This document shows positions 1 to 11,727 of a stretch of DNA of 64,000 nt, in pieces (position 1 is the first letter of the stretch; each line of letters begins with the position of its first letter). The stretch comes from Octopus vulgaris. Its lineage: Eukaryota. The stretch lies in NCBI GenBank assembly GCA_951406725.2, contig OX597815.1, positions 137,826,001 through 137,890,000 of the forward strand. Reading direction: 5' to 3'. The notes below the pieces were generated by a model. It ran no database searches. It was not told the DNA's origin and saw nothing but the letters and a program-made list of their open reading frames with translations. Position numbers and translations under genes: made by a program.

Positions 1-17
1 ATGTTCTGATTGGCTTA

Positions 18-236
18 TTCCTATGGCATTCAAACTGGCCATATTCAGCCAAAATATCTAACCTGTTATATGTTTAAACTGGCTAGATCTGGCCTCTCAC
101 CTCAACCCTACAATGTCATTCTAAAATTAAACAATCACATCACTGAAATCTGTAAACTACGAGATAATGCATGATTAATTCAAAACAATATAAATAAATA
201 AATATATTTGACAGTGTAATCTGAATACTAAAGTGT
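18..236 (+). mobile_element. piggyBac-like MITE copy
   Basis: shares ggcctctcac..ctacaatgtcattctaaaa..aatgcatgatta core with 30305-30500 and 59627-59801. Confidence 0.65.
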
Positions 237-786
237 ACACCTGATATCCCACACTCCATATGCATGCACACATGTATATCATGACTCATACACTGTTCAC
301 TTTCCTGACTTTTGTACATAATTCTATGTACTGTACATGCACCTTTAATGAGTTGTAGTGCACCTGAGCACTATACACAATAATTTCATCATTATTACCG
401 GGTTTGATTTCAACTAGAGAACTTCATTTCTAAACTAATGTTAACAATATCCTTACCTATAAAACCAGTGACGCAAATAAATGCATCACGAAATAAGAAA
501 CATGATCAGTATAGATGTAAAGAGTGTAAAAAGTGTTCATTTCTAATAATGAGGTTAGGAAAATTATAATCTCGTTGTCAACTGATCTTATTAATTTAGA
601 CATTTAATCTCAATCATTGGACTGTGGCTTTGAACATTTAACATTACTCATTCCAGTTTTCTTAACTGATGTCAGCTCAGTCACACAGGTCATGTTGGAG
701 CATATGTATATCTTCATTTCTCTTGATTTCAAGCATCACCTTTTGTCATTAATGCCAAACCAGCTCTAACAAGTGGACACATATAT

Positions 787-1016
787 TTCTTTATTGCCCA
801 CAAGGGGCTAAACACAGAGAGGACAAACGAGGACAAACAAACGGATTAAGTCGATTACATCGACTCCAGTGCATAACTGGTACTTAATTTATCGACCCCG
901 AAAGGATGAAAGGCAAAGTCGACCTCGGCGGAATTTGAACTCAGAACATAACGGCAGACGAAATACGGCTACGCATTTCGCCTGGCATGCTAACGTTTCT
1001 GCCAGCTCGCCGCCTT
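787..1016 (-). mobile_element. tRNA-derived SINE (family A) with TSD
   Basis: minus strand ggcggcgagctggcagaaacgttag..gagttcaaattcc..gcctttcatcctttcggggtcgataaa; TSD aacaagtggaca at 768-779 and 1018-1029; older copies at ~3955-4155, 14285-14470, 27270-27450, 35425-35530, 49975-50110. Confidence 0.9.
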
Positions 1017-1230
1017 AAACAAGTGGACATATAATCAATGATGTTCCAATGACGTTCTGTACATTTTGGTACTCTAATATCACTCTTCTGTACTGTTACC
1101 CATCACTCTCTTTCCATCAAGATATTCATTATTGACATTCTCACTCTCTTTTACTATCTCCCATCCTTATTAGTCATTTGCTCTGTCTTGATGTCCATCA
1201 CATTGCTCTTACCATTTCCCATCTCTATTA

Positions 1231-1697
1231 CTTGGGGCAAGTGAAATCGGAATCGAAATTGAACCAATCCTATGACTGGCACCCGGCAGATGCCAGGACC
1301 CCTGGACTGGAGATACGTAAAAAGCACTATCCGAATCGTGGCCGATGCCAGCGCCGCCTCGACTGGCTTCCGTGTCGGTAGCATGTAAAAAGCACCATCC
1401 GAATCGTGGCCGAAGCCAGTGCCGCCTCAACTGGCTTCCGTGCAGGTGGCACGTAAAATGCACCTATCCGACCATGGCCGATGCCAGCCTCGCCTGGCAC
1501 CAGTGCAGGTGGCACGTAAAAAGCACCCACTACACTCACGGAGCGGTTGGCGTTAGGAAGGGCATCCAGCTGTAGAAACATTGCCAGGTAAGACCGGAGC
1601 CTAGTGCAGCCTTCTGGCTTCCCAGATCCCCGGTCGAACCGTCCAACCCATGCTAGCATGGAGAACAGACGTTAAACGATGATGATGATGATGATGA
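1231..1697 (+). mobile_element. RTE 3'-UTR copy with 4 tandem units and (GAT)n tail
   Basis: matches UTR 10520-11008; young (CpG retained). Confidence 0.88.
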
Positions 1698-1859
1698 TTA
1701 CCATCCACCTTTCTCTTACTGTCTCTTATCAGCAGATATCTAGTCACTATCACTCCTTTCCATTACTCCCTCCTCTACCATCCTCTTACCCCAATCACTC
1801 AGTTTCTCTCATCATACTCCTTTTTCTTTCATGCTCTCATCCTGATTCTTCTATTAATG

Positions 1860-1914
1860 CTCTGTCTGTCTATTTCTTTCTCTGTTGGCCTGTCTGTCTG
1901 TCTGTCTGTCTCTC

Positions 1915-1959
<45 letters not shown>

Positions 1960-1968
1960 GTCTGTCTG

Positions 1969-2007
<39 letters not shown>

Positions 2008-2042
2008 GGCTCACTCTCTGTCTGTCTGTCTGTCTCTCTCTC
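1860..2042. repeat. (TCTG)n/(TC)n microsatellite
   Basis: direct inspection. Confidence 0.95.
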
Positions 2043-3468
2043 AATTGGCCCTTTTGGTGTACCCTCAAGAAGACCTGTACCCTGCAGCAGAAGTGTTAAG
2101 ACCAATCCTTGTGATGGTGCTATATAAAAGCACCCATGTGGTGCCACATAAAAGCGCCCATATGGTGTTATATATAAGTGCCTGTGCAGCGCTGCATAAA
2201 AGCACCCAACACACACTGTAAATTGTTTGGAGTTCGGAAGGGTATCCAACCTTAGAAACCATGCCAAATCAGACTGGAGTATGGTTCAGTTCCCCCACTT
2301 CCAGCCCGCCATCTTGCTAGCTCTGATCACACTGTCCAACCCTTGTCAGCATGGACAACAGATGTTAAATGATGATGATGATGGATAATGAACAGAGATA
2401 ACATAAAGTAGTGTGGACTCTTTTGTCTTGCTTTGTGCAGAGTAACGTTGCTAGTGTTGGCGTCACAATGAAATATCATCATCATCATCATCATCATCGT
2501 TTAACGTCTCTCAGTATATTCTGAATGGCGACAATGGAGCATCAAGAGGACCCTTCATCATGACAACTTTGCTAGTGTTGTTGCCATGATGAAATGCATC
2601 TAGTACACTCTGTGAAGTGGTTGGTGCCAGGAAGGGCATCCAGCCATAGAAACCATACCAAAATTGCATGTATGTGACGTGATGCTTCACCTCTCTAAGA
2701 AGGCAGTAATTTTTAATTTGAACACAGCTGTGTGAATCTGTTTACCGTGTACACATTTGGAGGATGACTATAAAATAATGATGATGATGAATGAAATGCC
2801 ACAACCATGAATATTGACCTTCTCATAAGTCGCATATAAAAGTTTGGCTCACTCATTCTTCACAAATGGCTGGTAGAATTCCTCCTTCACTCTTGTGTAT
2901 TTGATTACCTTACCATGTGTTCCGTTTTCTGTACCCGTCTATAAGATAAGGGGAAATAACAAAATTATTGCTGTAATAGATAGAGAGGAGTGAGGGAGAT
3001 ATGTGAGTATGAGGAAAGAAAGAAATGTGTTTTTACTCTGTAAATGAACTTTATTCACTGTCTATTTACAGCTATTGATATTTGAATGACTAATAGAATT
3101 GGTGCTGGTGGAGTGTAGGGAGATAAGTTAGGAACCAGATATAATAGAATGTTTAGTTTACAAGTGTAAATGTCTTTCTGCTTGGTTTTGGCTAGTAAAA
3201 TTTAGTAACAGAAAGATTTTATAAATTTGATGAAGTTTTGTTCTGTGGGACACAAAAAGCTTTTTAGTTGCTATTTACTTAAAATATATTTCCTTTTTCA
3301 GTAGTTCTTGCTTATATTAAGTTTTATATCAGTATTAGTTTCAAATTTTAGCACATGATCATCAGTTTTTTTAGGGGAAAATCAGGCAAAGAGCTGGAAG
3401 ACATTCCACTAACCTTTTTGTCCAGCATGCTAACAATTCCACCTGCTCACTGCTTGAGTTTATATTAA

Positions 3469-3948
3469 TCATCATCATCATCATCGTTTAACGTCCGTTT
3501 TCCATGCTAGCATGGGTTGGACCGGGATCTGGGAAGCCAGAAGGCTGCACCAGGCTCCAGTCTGATCTGGCAGTGTTTCTACAGCTGGATGCGCTTCTTA
3601 ACGCCATCCACTCCGTGAGTGTAGTGGGTGCTTTTTACGTGCCACCGGCACAGGTGCAAGGCGAGTCTGGCAACAGCCATGATCGGTTGGTGCTTTTTAC
3701 GTGCCACCGGCACGGAAGCCACTCAAGGCAGCGATCACAACTGCAATTTCCAATTATTTGATGTTGATGTACTTGACTCAATAAGTCTCCTGAAGCACAG
3801 GATCAAAACGGTTGTTTCTTTACTTGCCACCTATACAGGAGTCAGTCCAGCGGCACTGGCAACTGCTGGGTGCCAGTCATAGGATTGGTTCGATTCCGAT
3901 TTCACTCGCCCCAACAGGTCTTCACAAGCAGAGTTTAGTGTCCAATGA
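3469..3948 (-). mobile_element. RTE 3'-UTR copy
   Basis: (ATC)n + cgtttaacgtccgttttccatgctagc..; inverted relative to 1231-1697. Confidence 0.88.
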
Positions 3949-5057
3949 ATAATATTGGTTTCAAATTTTGGCACAAAATCAAAAGTTTTGGGGGAAGGAA
4001 TAAGTTGATTACATCAACCCTGGTGCTCAACTGGCTGTTATTTTATCAACCCTGAAAGGATGAAAGACAAAATCGATCTTAGCAGTATTCAAACACAGAA
4101 TGTAAAGACTGACGAAATGCCGCTAAGCATTTTTCCTGGCATGCTAACAATTCTACTTAATTTATATTAATATCGACAATACAATATGATTTAGATGAAG
4201 TTTTGCATAGATAAAATATAAATAAATAAATAAACAGCTAAAGGAAGTAGCTGAGCTATTTCCCTTAGCAATGTTATGATTTTAGAAAAGTTAAGGGTGA
4301 TATAGTGAATGACAAATATACAAAATTCTTTGATTGAATTTTTTTTTTTATCTCAGTTGGAAAATGGAAATAAAAAACCTCGTAACAGTAAGGAACTCTC
4401 AATGAGAAGGGGAGATAATTTCGAAAAATCAATGTTTCAAAATTTATTTATATGCTTAACCCTTAGGAGATAACAGGGCTGATCTGTCAGCCAAAAAGTC
4501 AAATGATAAAGAAGATTGTATTAGTTCGTTTAATTTCCTACAAGAATATATATAGTTTTATATATGTAAAGTAATTACTTTTTTTTTTTTATGATTTATT
4601 TTTAAAAATAAGTGCATGCCCTCTGTAGGGCATGTGAAAGGGGCTCTATCTTCTTGGCACTGAAACTCCAAATGAGGCTCTGTCTCCAAAAGGTTTAGGA
4701 AAAGTTTGCAAACAAGGAACAACTATATTTAGAACTTGTTATTGGGTGCTATCAGCATGATATAGATTGATCAGGTCAGTTTTGGTCAATTGACAATAGT
4801 ATAGAAAAAGAAAACATTAATAATTTTTGACAAGTATAATTCACATAATATTGAAAAAAAAAATATTAAATGCATATAATAAAGTCAAGAGATAAGAGAG
4901 ATGAAGATAGATTTATTTTTCCATATGGTTACAGCCATTGTGTAGTAACCTTCTTCAGTTAATATTAATTTCAGTGTGCAAAAGTTATACATACATGTTT
5001 GCATCAATATATATTAATAGAAGTAATAGCAGAATGTTAACAGTGTCTAGTTTGCAT

Positions 5058-5605
5058 CATCCGAATGTGGTCGATGCCAGTGTCCTCTGACTGGCTCTCA
5101 CGCTGATGGTATCTAAAAAGCACCATCCAAACATGGTTGATGCCAACCCATGCCGGTGGCACGTAAAAAGCACCATCCAGATGTGGCTGATGCCAGTTCC
5201 CCCTGGCTGGCTTCCGTGCTGGTGGCATGTAAAAAATGCCATCGGAATGTGGCCGATGCCAGTATCCCCTGACTGGCTGCCATGTCGGTGCACATAAAAA
5301 GCACTATCAAAACATGGTCGATGCCAGAACCACCTGACTGACCCCTGTGCTGGTGGCACTTAAAAAGCACCATCTGAATGTGGCCAATGTCAGTACCTTC
5401 TGACTGGCTCCCATGCCGGTGGCATGTAAAAAGCACCCACTACACTCTCAGAGTGGTTGGTGTTAGGAAAGGCATCCAGCTGTAGAAACATTGCCAGATC
5501 AAATTGGAGCCTAGTGCAGCCGCTGACTCTCCGGACCTCAGTCATACTGTCCAACCCATGCCAGCATGGAAAACGGACATTAAACGGACGTGATGATAGG
5601 GATGA
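5058..5605 (+). mobile_element. RTE 3'-UTR copy with 6 tandem units
   Basis: six ggtggca.gtaaaaagcacc cores spaced ~47-67 bp apart, then the common tail. Confidence 0.88.
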
Positions 5606-6489
5606 TTTTAAGATTGAAATTTAGGAGATATGGCTTTTTTTGTGTTAAAAATGATATCGGCTTTTTTTTTTATTTCTCTTTTCTGTTGTATTAGAATTTA
5701 TTTCATGCTTATGTAAAAGTAAACTCATCAGTTTGGTCAAGTGTGATTGTGCATGCTACAGGTAGTGTGTAATACTTTACAACATGCCTCCTGGTTGAAT
5801 GGTTGGGGAGTAAACTGGCTAACACCACCCAACAAAGTTGTTAAAGAGCAGAAGGACCTCTTACAGAGAATCCAGTGACTAACTACACTTGGAGAGGAGG
5901 TACAACATAATGACACTGTAAGACTTGAGTACTATTCTGGATTGGTAAAAGATTATTGGTTGATGACTGGTAACAATGGAAGAGATTATGTGTGTCTTTC
6001 TGTAAACTTACAGCTTCCCTAGGCTATTGGTTTGGATTGAAACCTGTAAATAGCAATATGTGCAGACAGTGTTAAACACAAGAGTTTGGAAAGACTTGTG
6101 ATAGTCTGCTTCAACAAAAATCAGTGTATTAGTCTATATTGAAGAAGGTTTACATAAAGCCATTTGTTTTTGTTTGTTTATGTTTTGAATGAGCAAATGC
6201 AGTGAATAAAAATTAGAATCTAAAGTTGGAGAAAATTGGAGGTGATCTGAAATGGCAAAAAACATTTTTTCTCAGCAATATGGAATTTTGCTTAAGATGA
6301 AGCATTTTCATCTTCTCTTGACTTTTGACTATTGATTAAATTTTATCAGTTGAAAATAACTGTTTTTGAATTAGTTTATTTTGTATCTGTTTAATAACAT
6401 TAAGGTTATAACTGGGGTTTATAAAATAGTGGCAACTAATTTGAGATTTCAAGAGAGAGAGAGAGAGAGAGAGAGGAGGAGGAGGAGGA

Positions 6490-8110
6490 TAATAGCTAGA
6501 ACTTATCCAGTATTTTGATTATTGCACAAAAACTGAGGAATTGGAAAACAATGAAAGCATTGGACCACCAAAGTAAGCATTCTCAAAATATTTAACAAGT
6601 TCATTTCACATCTAGAAATGCTGGCAAACAAATTCAATGACATATTTTGGATTTCAAACTTTAGAAGACAAAAGATGAAGAGCTAGAATTAACAATGAAA
6701 ACAAACTCAAAAATTCCAAAGCAGAAAATCCAGACAGTTTAATTATATCATGTGAAGAATATTAGCAAGCTTGGTATCATGTACTTTCACTAAAAAACTG
6801 CAAAATCCCAGCAATTTTGAAGATTTTGTCTATCATCTTTCTTGTGAAGTCTAACAAAGTTGTTACTGACTCAACATTATACAGACCAGTATCTCTTTAC
6901 AAATTGTAAAAGTTTTTGAAAGTGCCTTTCACTAACAATCAGTGTCCATCTAACTCTCCAAGACCACTAGTACAAGTTCAAATGTCAACACTTTACAACT
7001 TGAGCATTTCTGCAGCTCTTAATATATATTGCAGTTGGATTTGTCCAAAACAAACAGTCTACAATGCATTTATCTGTAGCACAATACTTAACAATGTGAT
7101 GAATTATAAGAACCATCAGAGTATGGGACAAAATTCCTTGATTTGTTTTGGCTCTCTGTTCAGATCCACCAAGCTCAACTTTGCCTTTCATATTTTTGGG
7201 GTTGATTAAATAAGTTCCAATCCAGGGCAATAGATTAATGGAATTGTTAGAATACCGGGTGAGATGCCTTGCACTTATTCTGGCTCTATGTTCTTAGTTC
7301 ATGAGTGGTAGGCTTAAACTGTTGACAGTTTAACACCACCACCTTTCTTGGGTATCATTAGTGAAGTTCACTTTGTTGCAAGTATTTGAGCCAGCTGAAA
7401 ACCAAGTTCCAAGGACAAAATATCTAAGAATGGAACCATGAAACTTCAGGGTTTCACAGAGGAGCTGGACGTTTCCTTTATTCTTTGACTTCTTTTTTGT
7501 TAGTTGACTTTTTGTCTCCAAAGCATTCAGTCTCATTAGCTGTGCTAATGATTTTGTAGTTTCAGTTTCAAAATCTGATCCAAACATGATCACTACTATA
7601 TTGAGCTACTACTTGCCAAACATTATTGACTTTTATGTGATAGAGGATTGTGACCTTCAACACTTGAATCAAGAAACTTTGTTCACACCTCACAATACCC
7701 ATTTCCATTATGTTCAAGTTCACCACATATTAAGTCACCACATTATAGAAGAATGACGGCCTGTGTTCAACAAAGAAATAATACTTTTAAATCATTGACT
7801 ATCAGTACTTGGCAACAAGATAAATTCACAATTTCAGTAATCTATAAAGCAATTGGCTGGCTAATTCTTGATTATGCAAGCCCAGTGTGGACCCATTAGC
7901 ATCAGGTATGCCTGTTTTCTATGCTGGCATAGTTTGGTCTGGTCTTCACAGTTTGAGTCGTATCCAAAGTTACAAGGCATGCACTGGCACAGCTGTGCTC
8001 TTGTTTTTGGCACAATGCTCAAGGATCATCACTGTCATATAGATTCAGGAATCACCAACATGTCTTGATTGCAAAGCATGTTCCATGATATCACTCTTTT
8101 CTTCTACTTC
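6490..8110 (+). mobile_element. highly decayed CR1/L2-like LINE fragments
   Basis: YRPVSL-like motif (~6878) and YKAIG..ILDYASPVW (~7845); many stops; boundaries approximate. Confidence 0.55.
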
Positions 8111-8580
8111 ACAGTTGATGCTATTAATTTATAGAACAACCCCATGAAAATTGTAGAGTGGTTTGGGCTTGAATTGCAATATTAAACTTATATTGGGGCA
8201 ACCAGAATAAGAACTACAACAACTGTAAAGTTGGTATGACTGTTCTTCCCTGAGTAATTCACTCACATACGTGCATGTTAATAAAACTTCTCTCCATAAA
8301 CACTCACATGCTATCCTGTTTTCATTTATGCTCCCATTAGTTCATTGTTTCACTGCCAGAGTGCTTCTATTTAATGTTCAAGCAGTTCTATGAACTTGGG
8401 AGGCATTTTTCTTTTTGTTTTAAAAAACATCTGCAACTTTCAAAATTGGAAGTCCATGAAAGTGAAAACAGAAAGATTTGATAAAAGAAATTTGTTGTTG
8501 AGGCATCTTTTGTAACCGAAGACAGTCTTTGTAAAATTAAATTATTTCTGTTATTTTTCTTTCTTTTGCATTTCTTTCAG

Positions 8581-8729
8581 ACTGCTTGAATCAAAAGTCA
8601 GATGGTTGTTCTGTTATTACGAATGATAACACTGCCTCTGCATCAGATACACCAACAGTCACTGTGCAAAGTCTTGAATATCTTAGACAAGAAACTTTAA
8701 ACATTTTGGAAGCCTTAGAAGAATATAAG
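8581..8729 (+). CDS. SMCR8: SMCR8 exon a
   Basis: tttctttcag|AC...GAATATAAG|gtaaat; encodes CLNQKSDG...[22 protein letters not shown]; ends phase 0, matching the next exon. Confidence 0.8.
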
Positions 8730-11683
8730 GTAAATTGAAAACTTTGTTTTATATTCCTATATAAAGAAGAGCAATGCTATAATTTCTAGTTATTGTATTT
8801 GTTAGTCACCAGTGCATAGCTATTGTTATTGGTTCTTTTCAAATAAATCACATATAGTGACAATTAGAATGTACTATTGTGAAGGAAAAAACAAATGTAT
8901 ATCCATGACTACAATCATCATTATCGTTGTCATGATCATGATGATGATCATCATGTGTTGTTTTTTTTCTATGCTGACATGAGTTTGATGGGTTGTCATG
9001 GGTTGAATCAATTCTTGTTTGAAGTTACTGTGCTCTTAGATGCGTGTTGTATAAGTGAGAGAATAGAGGATGAGTGAAGCTAGGACATCCTTCACTAACC
9101 CTGTTTTAGCTTTTTGTTTGCCATGCATGTACAGATTTCATCACATGCCGGGGGAAAAATTAGAAGTGGTTGATAGCTTCCGCTACCTAGGCAACCAAGT
9201 CTGTAGTGGGGGTGGTTGTTCTGAAAGTGTAGCAGCTAGAATAAGAATAGCCTGGGGAAAGTTCAGGGAGATCCTACCTCTGCTGGCAACTAAGGGCCTT
9301 TCCCTCAGGATGACAGGTAGATGTATGTTAGTTAGTTAATTTGGCTCAAAAGCAAATAGCAAGGCCATGTAGGGGGACATGGAGTTAAGTACAGGGTGGT
9401 GTTCATGTAAAGAGTTCAGGCCACTTGAAGTCCAGGGAGGCTTTGAACAAAGCGGTCGTCGGCATCTTCACCATCTCGTCTGGCAGCTTGTTCCACGGAT
9501 CCGCAACCCGGACGGAGAAAGCTCCTCTCCTTCGATTGAGATGAAATCGTCGCAGGTAGAGCTTTTCGGAATGACCCCGCAGCCGACGCTCCGGAGCAGG
9601 AGTGAAGAACAGCTCTTTCGAGAGGTTACACTTCCCGCTTATGATGTTGTGGGCGAGAATGAGATCACCACGGCGGCAGCGTTTTTCAAGAGAATAAAGG
9701 TCGAGCGTCCTCAGCCTTTCTTCGTAGGACAAATTTTTGAGACCATGAACCATGCGGGTAGCCAGCCTCTGGACTCTTTCGAGATGTTGTATGTTTTTGA
9801 GGAGATAAGGAGAAGAGGCTTGAATCCCATACTCCAATATGGGTCTCACCAGCGTGACATAGAGTGGTAGGAATATGGCTGCTGTGAGCATTCCGAATGA
9901 CCGTCGAATCAAAAACAGAATTCCGTGCGCTTTGTTGGCAGCATGGACGCACTGGGCCGAAGGCGAAAAGGAGGAATCCACCAAGATACCCAGGTCCTTT
10001 ACCTGATTGGTCCTCTCCAGCAGCAGACGACCCGGCTCGAAATCAAGTTGAGTTGCAGGAGTAGAGCCGACAGGCAGATGACAGCACTTTGACACGTTCA
10101 GACACAGGTCCCAATCGTTAGACGATGCATGTGTGTGAACTGCCACGCTACACGGCACTGAAACATGGGCCGTGACTGCTGAGGACATGCATAGGCTTGA
10201 AAGAAACGGAGCTAGTAAGACCTGCTAGATGTGTAATGTCAGTGTGAGCGCCTTGAGAGAAAAGTTGGACATAAGAAGCATCAAATGTGGTGTGCAAGAG
10301 AGATAACTATGTTGGTATGGTTATGTGTTACATATAGATGAGGACAGATATGTGAGGAAGTGCCACACCCTAACTATGGAAGGAACCTGTGGAAGAGGTA
10401 GTCCCAGGAAGACATGGGATGAGGTGGTGAAGAATGACCTTCGAACATTGGCTCTCATGGAGGCAATGACAGGAGACTGAGATCTCTGGAAATATGTTGT
10501 GACTGAGGAGACCCGGCAACTAAAAGTACCCTTGATGCGTCAGGTGATAGATATGCTTGAGAAGACCCTTTGAATCAAGTAAAACTAAAATTGTAGCTGT
10601 GGTCACTTCCTCTTGACTGGCTTCCATGCCGGTGGCACATAAAAATGCACCATTCAAGTGTGGTTGATCCAGGTTTGTCTGACTGGCTCCCGTGCTGTGT
10701 GGCACATAAAAAGCACCATCTGAACGTGGCTGATGCCAGGCCTCCTGACTGGCTCCTGTGCCAGTGGTATGTAAAAAAACACTATCCGAATGCAATCAAT
10801 GCCAGGCCCACTTGACTGGCTCCTGTGCTCGTGGCACATAAAAAGCACCCACTACACTCTCAGAGTGGTTGGCATTAAGAAGGGCATCCAGCTGTAGAAA
10901 CATTGCCAGATCAGATTGGAGCCTGGTGCAGCCACTGGTTTTCGAGACCTCAGTCAAACTGTCCAACCCTTGCCAGCATGGAAAACGGACATTAAACGAT
11001 GATGATGAGGTACAATTTGCCAGTTGTTGCAGCCCTTTATGCTGTTTTCAGGAATCTGAACTTCATGAGATCCTTCTTCACCACTTTGTCCGATGCCTTT
11101 CTAGGTTTCCCTCTTCCACAAGTTCCATCCACTTTGAGTATCTGGCACTTTTTTATACTGCTGTTTCCATCTATATGCATAACACACCTATACCAGCACA
11201 GACATCTCTCTTGCTCACTCATGTAATTCTTCTTATAGTCAGCTTTTCTTTCAGCTCAATTGCTCTCTATCATTCATGCACACTGATATTACATAGCCAG
11301 TGAAGCATCATTTGGTACAGGCATGGCTGTGAGGTTAAGAAGCTTATTTCTCAATCAAGTAGTCTTGGGTTTACTTGCATTGTGCTGCCCCTTAACAAAG
11401 TGTCTTGCTACTATGGCCTGGGCCCACAAAACACTTGTGAGTGGATCTGGTAGAAACTGAAAGAAGCCTCTCATATGTGTGTGTTGCCCTTGTCTTGATA
11501 TCATGTGATAATTGTAAATGAGCAAAGCCATCAGTCAAGTGTTGTTGTTCGTTTTATGTCTAAGAAGAAAAACGGGTCTTGTTTGGAAATAGAAGAAAGT
11601 TGGTGACAGAAAGCATGAAAATTTGCTTTGACATTCTGTCTGACCCATTGCAGGCATGAAAAAGTAGACATTAAATGGTGATG

Positions 11684-11727
<44 letters not shown>

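Noticed and set aside
1679-2267. Long ORFs on both strands (also 18151-18684, 20512-20942, 51641-52916)
   Set aside because: They are translations of microsatellites or low-complexity DNA.
4357-4387. Possible micro-exon LENGNKKPRN (ctcag|..|gtaagg), phase-compatible with 8581
   Set aside because: Too short to support; the resemblance to human LKTGNRK is weak and the conserved helix expected after it is missing.
5058-5445. CRISPR-like repeat/spacer appearance (also 1310-1530, 10625-10850)
   Set aside because: The spacers are homologous to each other, the array is part of an RTE 3' UTR, there are no cas genes, and the context is a eukaryotic intron.
9379-9870. 163-aa + strand ORF
   Set aside because: It is the antisense shadow of the CR1/L2-type ORF.
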